Shown piece by piece: positions 30,693 to 39,705 of a DNA stretch of 64,000 bases. Each line of letters opens with the position of its first letter. The stretch's first letter is position 1. Origin of the DNA: Bacilli bacterium (GTDB taxonomy: Bacteria; Bacillota_I; Bacilli_A; RFN20; CAG-826); assembly GCA_051872395.1 (NCBI GenBank), contig JBJEDU010000035.1:5740-69739 (forward strand), written 5' to 3'. The notes beneath the pieces were generated by a model. That model saw only the letters and a list, made by a program, of their open reading frames with translations, was not told where the DNA came from and did not search any database. Position numbers and translations under genes: made by a program.

Positions 30693-31609
30693 ATTTTTAA
30701 ATATTCTAGAGCAACATTTTTATTTGTGGTCTTTTCAAATTCATAAAACAACGCATTAGAATTTATTTCTAATAGCAAAATTTTATCGTTCTTATCAAAA
30801 AGAAAATCAAGACCTGCATATTTAATATTATATACTTTAATAATATTATTAATAATTTCAATTTCTTCATTATTAAGATTATAAATTTCAGAATATGTCC
30901 CTTTTAAAAAATTGGATCTAAAATCGTTATCATTTCTTCTAATAATCGCACCAAAGATTTGTCCATCGATTATTAAAACACGTAAAGACCTACCAACACT
31001 TGATTCAATAAATTGTTGAAATATCAAAGTGTCTTTATAATGTTTTTTATATTCATTTATCGCGGTTTGTTTATTATCGATTAAATACACTCCTTCTCCT
31101 AAAGAGGAAAATGATTTTTTCATAATGTATGGATAAGAGAGTTCTTTTTCAATAAAATCTAAGATTTTTAAATCTGACTCATCTAATTCATTAAATCTTA
31201 ATGGAGCGAAAATCGTTTTAACTAAAGGGATTTGATGATTTAAACCATATAAATAAGTTAAACCTTTGTCATTACAAATATGAAGAAACATTCCATCAGT
31301 GAATATTGGAATTTTTGCCTTACTAATTAAAGACGCTAAATAGAAATCTTTATCTAAATATATAACAAAAGAATACGCCTTGATTTTACTAACATTGACT
31401 AAACCTTGTTCATCAATAAACGCCAGTGTGCCATCATTAATTTTTATATCGAAATCAATATTTAATTTTCTTCCTTCATAAATTAATCTATCGATTTTAT
31501 ATTGGCTTTTCTTAATAGTTTTATTAGTAATTATTAATGCTTTCATAATAAATATAAAACGAGAATTAAAATAAGAATTACTAGCAAAATGAAGATAAAT
31601 AGTGAACAT
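30674..31609 (-). CDS. ATP-grasp ligase, RimK-like
   Basis: ATP-grasp C-terminal motifs (AGLDFLF...LLLEINSNA); likely start at Met22 (31546) forming ATGA overlap with GNAT stop. Confidence 0.65.
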   Translation of the reverse strand: MFTIYLHFASNSYFNSRFIFIMKALIITNKTIKKSQYKIDRLIYEGRKLNIDFDIKINDGTLAFIDEQGLVNVSKIKAYSFVIYLDKDFYLASLISKAKIPIFTDGMFLHICNDKGLTYLYGLNHQIPLVKTIFAPLRFNELDESDLKILDFIEKELSYPYIMKKSFSSLGEGVYLIDNKQTAINEYKKHYKDTLIFQQFIESSVGRSLRVLIIDGQIFGAIIRRNDNDFRSNFLKGTYSEIYNLNNEEIEIINNIIKVYNIKYAGLDFLFDKNDKILLLEINSNALFYEFEKTTNKNVALEYLKMCIKYI

Positions 31610-32238
31610 ATGATGATTTTTGACTTATTTATCTTCAAATTATTTTCTTTTTTTAATGAATAAACCATATGATAAGACATGTAATTACTTTCAAAATAAG
31701 TATATGTTTTAAAAGAATATAAAGGTTTAAAAGACAACGATTCATATAAATGAAAAGCCTTCTCGTTATGTTTTAAACATTCTAAAGAAATTGAATGATT
31801 TTTATATTTATTAATAAAATTAGATAAAAGTTTCTTTCCATATCCTTGAGATTGATATTGTTCATTAACTGCTAAATTATAAATATAAATATCTTCATGA
31901 AAATTCAATAGTTTAATAAAATAGCCATCTTTAATTGAAGTAAATATATTCTCATCATAAGAATCAAAACGAAGTAAAATTTCTTTGATTTTATCTTCAT
32001 CAAAAATAGTCTTCTTCGTAAAATACATCATTGAAGCGACCATCTTACCTTCATCAGTGAAATATCCATAAACATTTTTATAAGAAAAGTATTTACTTTC
32101 TTTTAAAAGCGCATTAAAAATATCTTTCTTTTTATCTTCTTTAAATAAAAGAGGATAGTTTTCTAAGTCACTTAAAAGCAAAGTGGAACTTATCTCATTA
32201 AAATCGTCATTTAAAGTAATCTTTCTAAAATTATTCAT
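31543..32238 (-). CDS. GNAT family N-acetyltransferase with C-terminal TM anchor
   Basis: GNAT motif A (AVNEQYQSQGYGKKLL); hydrophobic C-terminus IIICSLFIFILLVILILILVLYLL; stop codon TGA. Confidence 0.7.
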   Translation of the reverse strand: MNNFRKITLNDDFNEISSTLLLSDLENYPLLFKEDKKKDIFNALLKESKYFSYKNVYGYFTDEGKMVASMMYFTKKTIFDEDKIKEILLRFDSYDENIFTSIKDGYFIKLLNFHEDIYIYNLAVNEQYQSQGYGKKLLSNFINKYKNHSISLECLKHNEKAFHLYESLSFKPLYSFKTYTYFESNYMSYHMVYSLKKENNLKINKSKIIICSLFIFILLVILILILVLYLL

Positions 32239-32285
32239 TTCTTTAAAGATTATACAATAATAAGAGATTTTTTATATATATAAAA

Positions 32286-34067
32286 TTATTCAACTGTAAC
32301 CGCTTTCGCGAGATTTCTTGGCTTATCGACATTATAGCCTTTATATGTCGTTACATAATAAGCGAAATAAAAACCAAAAGATGATAAAACAATTGGAGAA
32401 AGATAAGAAGGATGGTCTTTAATAATTAAATAATCACTTTCTTTTGATAATGAAGAAGTAGAAATGGTATAAACGACCGCGCCTCGAGATTCAACTTCAC
32501 AAATATTTCCTCTCATAGAATGAGATGTTACAGGATCAGAAATAGTGACAATTACTGGAGTGTTATTTTCCATTAAAGCAATCGGACCATGTTTCAATTC
32601 TCCACCTGGCACTGCATCAGAGTGAATATAAGAAATTTCTTTAAGTTTTAAAGAAGCTTCTAAAGATAAATCATAATCATATCCTCTTCCAAGGAAATAA
32701 ATATCTTTTTCATTTTTTAGCTTTTCCGCTAAAAACATAATCTTTTCTTTTTTGTTTTGTTTAATATCAGTAATGACTTCGACACATTTTTCTAAATCAC
32801 TGATAACATCAATATTTTTTGTAATAGAAGAAGTTAATAACGCTAAAGTGGCAACCTCTGCGACATAGGCTTTGGTTGAAGCCACACTAACTTCAAGTCC
32901 AGCGAATAAAAGAAGAGAATAATCACATCCTCTTTCTAAAGAAGAACCTTTAGTGTTTGTTAACACTAATGATTTAATATTCTTTTCTTTAATAATTTTT
33001 AAGCAACGAATAACATCCGCAGTTTCTCCTGATTGCGATAAAAAGATAAAGAATGGTTTATTACCAGAATATCTTGGATAATATGCCCACTCTGAAGCAA
33101 TATAGCAACTTGCAGTTTTTCCAATCTTTTCAAAATATCTCGCACCCACTAAAGAGGCATGATAACTCGTTCCACAGCCAATGAAAATAATGTGGTCACT
33201 TGCTTCGATATCATGAAGTAATTTTTTATCAAAACAAAATTCGCCATGATCATAATATTCCACTGTCAATCGACGAATGACTTTATCAATTTCTTCAATT
33301 TCTTTAAGCATGAAATGTGGGTAACCCATTAAATCTCTCTTACTTAAATCTGGAGATTTTTCAGTGAAAGTATATTCAACTTCTTCTCCATTTTTGTATA
33401 GATGAACACTCGTTCTACTAACTGAACCATATTGTTCATCCTCTAAATCAATAAACTTTGAACAATATCGAATCATTGGAGAAGCATCTGAAGCCACTAA
33501 AGAGAAATTATCATTAGAAATAGCAATCATTAATGGTGAACTTCTTTTCATGACAAAAAGATGATTTTTATGCATCTCAGTAATAATAGAGACTGCGAAA
33601 CTACCTTTTAACATTCTCATCGTTTCTTCCATCGCTTTTTTAACATCACGATAAATGAAATAATTATCTTCTAATTGATTAGCAATAACTTCAGTATCTG
33701 TCTCACTTTTAAAGATAAAACCTTTATCGATAAGATTTGATTTCAAAGTAGAGTAATTTTCAATTACTCCATTATGGACTATATAAAACAATTTATGCAT
33801 TGAAGCATGTGGATGACAATTGATTGTTGAAGGACGACCATGAGTGGCCCAGCGCGTGTGGCCAATGCCTAAAGTTGATTCTAAATTTGAATCAACTAAT
33901 TGTTCCAAATTTGACACAGCACCAACAGCTTTAAAACATTCAATAGTGTCTTTATTTAAAAGAGCAATTCCTGCGGAATCATAACCACGATAATCAAGTT
34001 CTTTTAAACCATCAAGTAAAAATTTCTTGGTGTTTTTTAGTCCGATAGCACCAACAATTCCACACAT
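32286..34067 (-). CDS. glmS: Glutamine--fructose-6-phosphate aminotransferase (isomerising)
   Basis: N-terminal nucleophile MCGIVG, two SIS domains, 593 aa; RBS AAGGAGAT overlapping glnA stop. Confidence 0.95.
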   Translation of the reverse strand: MCGIVGAIGLKNTKKFLLDGLKELDYRGYDSAGIALLNKDTIECFKAVGAVSNLEQLVDSNLESTLGIGHTRWATHGRPSTINCHPHASMHKLFYIVHNGVIENYSTLKSNLIDKGFIFKSETDTEVIANQLEDNYFIYRDVKKAMEETMRMLKGSFAVSIITEMHKNHLFVMKRSSPLMIAISNDNFSLVASDASPMIRYCSKFIDLEDEQYGSVSRTSVHLYKNGEEVEYTFTEKSPDLSKRDLMGYPHFMLKEIEEIDKVIRRLTVEYYDHGEFCFDKKLLHDIEASDHIIFIGCGTSYHASLVGARYFEKIGKTASCYIASEWAYYPRYSGNKPFFIFLSQSGETADVIRCLKIIKEKNIKSLVLTNTKGSSLERGCDYSLLLFAGLEVSVASTKAYVAEVATLALLTSSITKNIDVISDLEKCVEVITDIKQNKKEKIMFLAEKLKNEKDIYFLGRGYDYDLSLEASLKLKEISYIHSDAVPGGELKHGPIALMENNTPVIVTISDPVTSHSMRGNICEVESRGAVVYTISTSSLSKESDYLIIKDHPSYLSPIVLSSFGFYFAYYVTTYKGYNVDKPRNLAKAVTVE

Positions 34068-34070
34068 AAA

Positions 34071-35405
34071 TTATCTCCTTAAATATCTATCGAGTTCCCA
34101 TTTTGAAATAGAATTATGATAAGATTTCCATTCCATTTCAGTCGCGGCTAAATATTTAGTGAAAGTATGTTCTCCAAGAGTCTCACGTAATAATTTTGAT
34201 TTTTTAAATTCTTGAACAGCCTCATGAAGAGTTTCTGGTAAATGAATAATACCTAATTTCTCAATTTCTTGTTCAGTAAGTGAGAAAATATTGTCGTAAA
34301 TTGGAGCAATGATTTCATCATCTTTTAAAGATGTAACTCCTTCAAGTCCGGCAGCGATTATTCCTGCTAACGCTAAATAAGGATTGGCCATTGGGTCAAC
34401 ATTTCTAACTTCTGCTCTCGTCGCTAAGCCTCTACCAGCAGGAATTCTAATTAACGCACTACGGTTTGAATCACTCCAGCAAGCATAAATTGGAGCTTCA
34501 TAACCAGACACTAAACGTTTATATGAATTGACGCTAGGATTAGTTAAAAGGGCTAATTCACGAGAATGTTTTAATACACCAGTAATCCATTTTTTTGCTA
34601 ACATGGATAATTTCATTGGGTCTTTTTCGTCAAAGAAAAGATTTTTGCCATCTTTTGAGAAAATGGAACAATTCGTATGCATTCCACTTCCAGCTTGACC
34701 TTGAACAGGTTTTGGCATAAATGTCGCTAAATATCCATGTTTACGAGCGATGGTTTTAACTACTTGTTTAAAAGTTAAAACACGGTCACAACTCGCAAGG
34801 ACATCATCGTATTTAAAATTAATTTCATTTTGTCCTGGACCAACTTCGTGATGGGATGTTTGAACAGTAAAACCTAATTTTTCTAATTCTAAAGTAATAT
34901 CTCTTCGTACATAATTTGCCCCATCAAGTGGACTTAAGTCAAAATAAGAAGCATTGTCGACAAAATCTAATTTTGGATTACCTTCTTCATCGAGTTTAAA
35001 TAAATAGAATTCAGGTTCAAATCCAACACAGAATTTTTCATAACCAATTTCTTTCATTTTCTCGATTTCTCTTTTAAGGATATATCTTGGATCACCCATA
35101 AATGGTTCACCATTAGTTTTATAGACATCACAAATGAATCTAGCAACTTTCCCATAACTACTATTTTCAAAAGAAAGGACCATAAAAGTCGATAAATCTG
35201 GATGAAGAACCATGTCCGCTTCTTTAATACGAACGAAGCCTTCAACACTTGAGCCATCAAAATTTATATTATTATCTAAAGCATCATCAAGTTTAGAAAT
35301 TGGAATTTCTACCGCTTTGATTGTGCCTAACATATCGCAAAATTGAAGTCGAATATATTTCACTTCCTCTTTCTCGCATATTTCTTTTATAGTATTTTTA
35401 TCCAT
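34071..35405 (-). CDS. glnA: Glutamine synthetase type I
   Basis: GS-I signatures (FDGSS..., KPVQGQAGSGMH, NPY adenylylation-loop region); start set at MDKNTIKEI (35405) with RBS GGAGG. Confidence 0.95.
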   Translation of the reverse strand: MDKNTIKEICEKEEVKYIRLQFCDMLGTIKAVEIPISKLDDALDNNINFDGSSVEGFVRIKEADMVLHPDLSTFMVLSFENSSYGKVARFICDVYKTNGEPFMGDPRYILKREIEKMKEIGYEKFCVGFEPEFYLFKLDEEGNPKLDFVDNASYFDLSPLDGANYVRRDITLELEKLGFTVQTSHHEVGPGQNEINFKYDDVLASCDRVLTFKQVVKTIARKHGYLATFMPKPVQGQAGSGMHTNCSIFSKDGKNLFFDEKDPMKLSMLAKKWITGVLKHSRELALLTNPSVNSYKRLVSGYEAPIYACWSDSNRSALIRIPAGRGLATRAEVRNVDPMANPYLALAGIIAAGLEGVTSLKDDEIIAPIYDNIFSLTEQEIEKLGIIHLPETLHEAVQEFKKSKLLRETLGEHTFTKYLAATEMEWKSYHNSISKWELDRYLRR

Positions 35406-35442
35406 AACCCTGCCTCCAATGTAATATGAAAAATACAAAATA

Positions 35443-35470
35443 AATTATACACGGATTTTAAAATCCTGTA
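35443..35470 (-). promoter_or_regulatory. glnA promoter region: -10 TATAAT (minus strand) overlapped by 21-bp near-palindrome ACAGGATTTTAAAATCCGTGT
   Basis: Read directly on reverse complement; candidate repressor operator. Confidence 0.3.
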
Positions 35471-35479
35471 TCTTATTTT

Positions 35480-35514
35480 TTAAAATAAAATAAAAAAATA
35501 TAGATTTCTCTATA
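35480..35514 (-). terminator. Weak terminator after membrane-protein gene (stem tataga/tctata followed by U7AU4)
   Basis: Read directly; AT-rich short stem so low confidence. Confidence 0.25.
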
Positions 35515-35543
35515 TTCTTTATTTATGTTTTTATTGATTATAT

Positions 35544-36179
35544 CTAATCTTTTTTCTTTTGATGTTTTAAAAATAAATCTTCTAAGTAAACATTAACAAC
35601 TGTAAATACAAACATCAAAATTGTGACAATTTGTCTAATTATTTCAATTGGAGTTAAATAAATCGCATGCCCTAAAATAAAGACCACAGAAGTTAAAATA
35701 GAGAAAACCATTGAAATAGTTACCATGAATCCTTTACTTTTTCGATTTAAGTTATAGTTAATAAACAAAGAAACAAAAATGAAGACAACATCATAAATTA
35801 AAAGCATGACAAGAAGAATTCCTTTTGTATCTAATGTGTTATAACCTAAACGATAAAAAGTAAAATAGAAAGAGAACAAATAAGTAATCAAATATAAAAC
35901 ATCTCTCGCTAATAAAGAAAGAGAGGATATATTAATCAATTTATTATCCACTTTATTAGTTATTATTAGTTTAACTAATCCATAACACGCAATAACCGCT
36001 CCAGAAAGATTAGTAACACTGACAAAAATTAAAATTAATGTCTCATAAGTTTTGCCTAATCCTTCCGCGTTAGCGATATTACTAATGCATTGAATTAATA
36101 AAGAAATAAACGCAAACAAAAATGAACAAATTAAAAAAGAGAAATAAGTAATTCTTGTTATTTTTTGGGCTTTAACCAT
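35544..36179 (-). CDS. Hypothetical small polytopic membrane protein
   Basis: 211 aa, 5-6 hydrophobic helices; RBS AGGAGAAAAG. Confidence 0.45.
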   Translation of the reverse strand: MVKAQKITRITYFSFLICSFLFAFISLLIQCISNIANAEGLGKTYETLILIFVSVTNLSGAVIACYGLVKLIITNKVDNKLINISSLSLLARDVLYLITYLFSFYFTFYRLGYNTLDTKGILLVMLLIYDVVFIFVSLFINYNLNRKSKGFMVTISMVFSILTSVVFILGHAIYLTPIEIIRQIVTILMFVFTVVNVYLEDLFLKHQKKKD

Positions 36180-36255
36180 AAATCTTTTCTCCTAAAAATT
36201 AAGATTATCGCCCTTCCTCACGTATTATTATAACAAAATATAATTGTTTATTAAA

Positions 36256-37071
36256 TTATTCTTTAATAATTTTATAAGTTCCTTTAATCGCTAAAGAGGA
36301 AATATCTTTTGGATTATAAATAGAACAATTTGAAGTGATAACATTACCTTTTAAGTCACTCTCTTCACCAAGATAATCACAATCCACTAATTCGCAATCG
36401 ATAAATTTAATATTTTCACTATAACAAAATGGTTGTTTAGATTTAATTTTACAACGAACAAAGGTGACATTTTTAGCGTACCACGCGACATATTCACCAA
36501 TGATTTCCATATCTTTTACCATGATATTTTCACTATGCCAAAATGGATCTTTCGTCTCTAGTCGACCAACATTTAAATTAATATCTTTAGAATATTGAAA
36601 AGAATATTTTCCTTTCAAATTCAAATTTGTCGCGTTGATATCTTGGCAATGTAAAAAAGCATATATGCTTTCAATATTAATATTTATTAGTTTAATATGT
36701 TGACATTTAATAATGCTTTCATCACCAAGAAGAACACCATTACTAAAATCAATATTTTGACATTCTCTTAAAACTTTATCTCCATTAAATGAAGTATCTT
36801 TAATAACGATGTTATTGCTATACCAAAAAGGTCCTCGACAAGTAATAGCGAAATTACTTCGATTAACTTCCACACCAAGACAATTCCAAAAAGGATAACG
36901 AAGAGCGAAATAAGAATCATTCACTTCGATATCTTTAGAAAATTTAAAAGCACTTTCACCATCTAAAGGACCACCAGTATAAATGTTAGTGAATGAAATC
37001 TTATTGCTTTTAAAAAATATTCTTTCTTGGTCTGAAGAAATATTTGAAATTATGTTTTGATATTTAGTCAT
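36256..37071 (-). CDS. Parallel beta-helix repeat protein of unknown function (DUF3737-like)
   Basis: 271 aa with repeated about 22-aa units rich in N/I/C/F (e.g. SENIMVKDMEIIG, SENIKFIDCELVDC); overlaps hydrogenase gene stop by 8 nt (translational coupling). Confidence 0.5.
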   Translation of the reverse strand: MTKYQNIISNISSDQERIFFKSNKISFTNIYTGGPLDGESAFKFSKDIEVNDSYFALRYPFWNCLGVEVNRSNFAITCRGPFWYSNNIVIKDTSFNGDKVLRECQNIDFSNGVLLGDESIIKCQHIKLININIESIYAFLHCQDINATNLNLKGKYSFQYSKDINLNVGRLETKDPFWHSENIMVKDMEIIGEYVAWYAKNVTFVRCKIKSKQPFCYSENIKFIDCELVDCDYLGEESDLKGNVITSNCSIYNPKDISSLAIKGTYKIIKE

Positions 37072-38497
37072 TTTTTAATACTTTAATCGCATCAGTAATT
37101 GTCTTTTCTAATGCTTCTCTCCCATATTTATCTACTTCTGATTTATCTCTAAATTCATGAGTTAAACAACAAGGACCGCCAATACAACCATTCGTGCACG
37201 CCATACCTTCAATAAAATTGAAATCTCTCAATTCAGGTTTATTTGCCTTATCTAATATGGCTTTACAATTATCAAGACCATCAGCAGCGACAGCTTTAGC
37301 GACAAAGGTAGAATTTTGTTCTTTAAGCGCTTCATTAACCGCGTCCACTAAACCACCACAACGAGCGAATATTCTTCCAAAATAAGAAGCATTATCTAAT
37401 TTATTTTCTTCTAATTCGCTAGCGACAATATCTCGAGAATCAATCAACGCTTGTAATTCTTCAAATGTCAAAACACTATCGACATAATTTTTAACTTTAT
37501 CTAATTGAATTTCTTTCTTTTTAGAAATGCAAGGTCCAATAAAGACAACCTTTGAGGTTGGATCGACACTTTTAATATATTTACTAATCGCCCCCATTGG
37601 AGATAAATTCGATGAAATATATTGAACCAAAGATGGATATTTCTTTTTGATAAAAGAAACAAATGAAGGACAACAACTGCTAGTTAAAAATCCTTTTTCT
37701 TCTAATTCTTTGGCTTCGTCATAACTGACCATATCCGCGCCTAAAGCAGCTTCAACAACACTATGGAAGCCTAACATTTTAATCGCGGTCACCACTTGTC
37801 CTAAAGAAGCATATTTAAATTGTGATGAAATGGAAGGGGCAACAACTGCGTAAACATGATATTTTTTGGAAAAATCACTATCTTTTAAGAAGTCAATAAC
37901 ATCTGTAATATATGATTTATCCATAATCGCTCCAAATGGACATTGATAAACACACGCTCCACATTGAATACATTTTTCATCATCAATTTTTGCAGCAAAG
38001 TCTTCACCCATTGAAATAGCTTTTACTTTACAAGCACTTTCACATGGTCTTTTAAAGTTGATAATCGCTCCATATTGACATGCCTTTGCACATAAACCAC
38101 AGTTGATACATTTAGTTTTATCAATTTGGGCAGTATGAGTCACTTCATTAAATGTAATCGCGTTTCTATGACATGCTTTTTCACATCGATGAGCGATACA
38201 TCCACGACAAGTTCTTGTAACTTCATATCCTCCTAATGGGCATTCATCACAAGCAATATTTAAAACTTGAACAACGTTTGAATTACTTCTATCCCCACCT
38301 TGAGCGACATGCATTCTTTCTAAAACGATTGCTCTTTCTTTATAAATACAACATCTCATCGTTGGTTTTGGACCAGGGACAATACGCTTTGGAATCTCAT
38401 TATATTCTTCAAGCAAAGTACCATTAAAATACGCTCTCGCGACTTCTTTTAATACTTTATATTTCAATTCTTGTACATTCGTATCAAATTTTAACAT
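37064..38497 (-). CDS. [FeFe]-hydrogenase-like protein with N-terminal Fe-S cluster domains (HydA2-like position; H-cluster motifs non-canonical)
   Basis: Two 4Fe-4S ferredoxin motifs (CINCGLCAKAC, CIQCGACVYQC), L1 SSCCPSF, L2 GPCISKKKE, L3 EGMACTNGCIGGPCC. Confidence 0.75.
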   Translation of the reverse strand: MLKFDTNVQELKYKVLKEVARAYFNGTLLEEYNEIPKRIVPGPKPTMRCCIYKERAIVLERMHVAQGGDRSNSNVVQVLNIACDECPLGGYEVTRTCRGCIAHRCEKACHRNAITFNEVTHTAQIDKTKCINCGLCAKACQYGAIINFKRPCESACKVKAISMGEDFAAKIDDEKCIQCGACVYQCPFGAIMDKSYITDVIDFLKDSDFSKKYHVYAVVAPSISSQFKYASLGQVVTAIKMLGFHSVVEAALGADMVSYDEAKELEEKGFLTSSCCPSFVSFIKKKYPSLVQYISSNLSPMGAISKYIKSVDPTSKVVFIGPCISKKKEIQLDKVKNYVDSVLTFEELQALIDSRDIVASELEENKLDNASYFGRIFARCGGLVDAVNEALKEQNSTFVAKAVAADGLDNCKAILDKANKPELRDFNFIEGMACTNGCIGGPCCLTHEFRDKSEVDKYGREALEKTITDAIKVLKND

Positions 38498-38526
38498 GGC
38501 ATTTTCTCCTTAATTTATAATATAAA

Positions 38527-39705
38527 TTAGAAATAACTAACTTTAATTTTCTTTCCCATTTGTTTTAATAATTTTGATAATTCATCAATCAATTGCATTT
38601 TAATTGAAAAATTAATTTGTAATCCTTCTTTTTGATGAGCAGGATTAACTGCACATCCAACAAAGAAATTAATATCTGTCGCTTCTTCAAATAATAATCT
38701 CGCTATTTGGCTCGCCCCATCTTGCGCGTAACTCCAATAAAAATATTTGGAATTATCTTCTAATACATTTTTCGCGTACTCTAATACTTTATTGATAGTG
38801 ATAACGCCTTCAGTAACTAAATCCACACCTTCAATCGAAGAAGTTGGAGGAATTTCTTTATCAATATAATCGAGTGATAATTCTAAGGGTTTATCTAAAA
38901 ATTTAGAAACCATATTAGATGTTGAACCACCTGAAACGATATGCTTCCCTTCTTTAGCGAAAAACAAAGATAACATTTTATTATCATCATCTCTATTACT
39001 CGCCGGTCCAATAAGAAGATTACACATTGATTTTTTTCTCACTCTCACCACGACCGCGGTCGTATCATCTTGAGGTTTACCACCATATAAACTATTACAA
39101 TGATCAATTAGCATCGTCGCTAAAGTTTTACTTGAATAAATTGGTGAATATAAATTAGACATGAAATCGACAATATTAGGTCTATCCCATCCCCAATTTA
39201 ATGAATTACCAATTCCAGCGTGAATTGTTCCATCACTCATCAAAATGAAAGTATCGTATAATTTTGCATTAATATGAGAGTGATATATTTTCTTTCCATC
39301 AATTTCAGACATCACTTGCATGACTGGATATTCCTTACCATCTCTTAAAATGATGGGTTGAGGATTGTCATAATTATATATATCAATCGAAGTGTTATTA
39401 GTAATTTTTAAAATGGTAAATGTTGAATATGCGACATGGCGATCTTTACAAACTGGAAGAGTTTCCACTACTGTTTGTACACATTCTTCAATCGAAATGT
39501 TATTAGCCATCATCGTTGAAAGAATGCGACTAGTCAAAGTCGACAAAATGTTAGCCTTAACTCCACTTCCTAAACCATCCGCTAAAACGACAATGTGGGT
39601 ATTATCATCTTTAGAAATTATCTCAACATGATCACCACATAATTGTTCACCTTCATGATTTAAAGATAAATAACCAATTTCTGTGACATAATTATTTAAT
39701 ATCAT
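38527..39705 (-). CDS. PP2C/SpoIIE-type serine phosphatase with about 165-aa C-terminal domain of unknown function
   Basis: PP2C motifs GDHVEII...VVLADGLGSGVKA and FILMSDGTIHAG; start overlaps hydS by 14 nt. Confidence 0.7.
   Translation of the reverse strand: MILNNYVTEIGYLSLNHEGEQLCGDHVEIISKDDNTHIVVLADGLGSGVKANILSTLTSRILSTMMANNISIEECVQTVVETLPVCKDRHVAYSTFTILKITNNTSIDIYNYDNPQPIILRDGKEYPVMQVMSEIDGKKIYHSHINAKLYDTFILMSDGTIHAGIGNSLNWGWDRPNIVDFMSNLYSPIYSSKTLATMLIDHCNSLYGGKPQDDTTAVVVRVRKKSMCNLLIGPASNRDDDNKMLSLFFAKEGKHIVSGGSTSNMVSKFLDKPLELSLDYIDKEIPPTSSIEGVDLVTEGVITINKVLEYAKNVLEDNSKYFYWSYAQDGASQIARLLFEEATDINFFVGCAVNPAHQKEGLQINFSIKMQLIDELSKLLKQMGKKIKVSYF

Noticed and set aside
32239-34081. Looked for glmS ribozyme
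   Set aside because: No 5' UTR exists because glmS is fused to the glnA stop; no ribozyme core visible.
35054-35260. 68-aa ORF inside glnA
   Set aside because: Different frame of a highly conserved GS-I gene.
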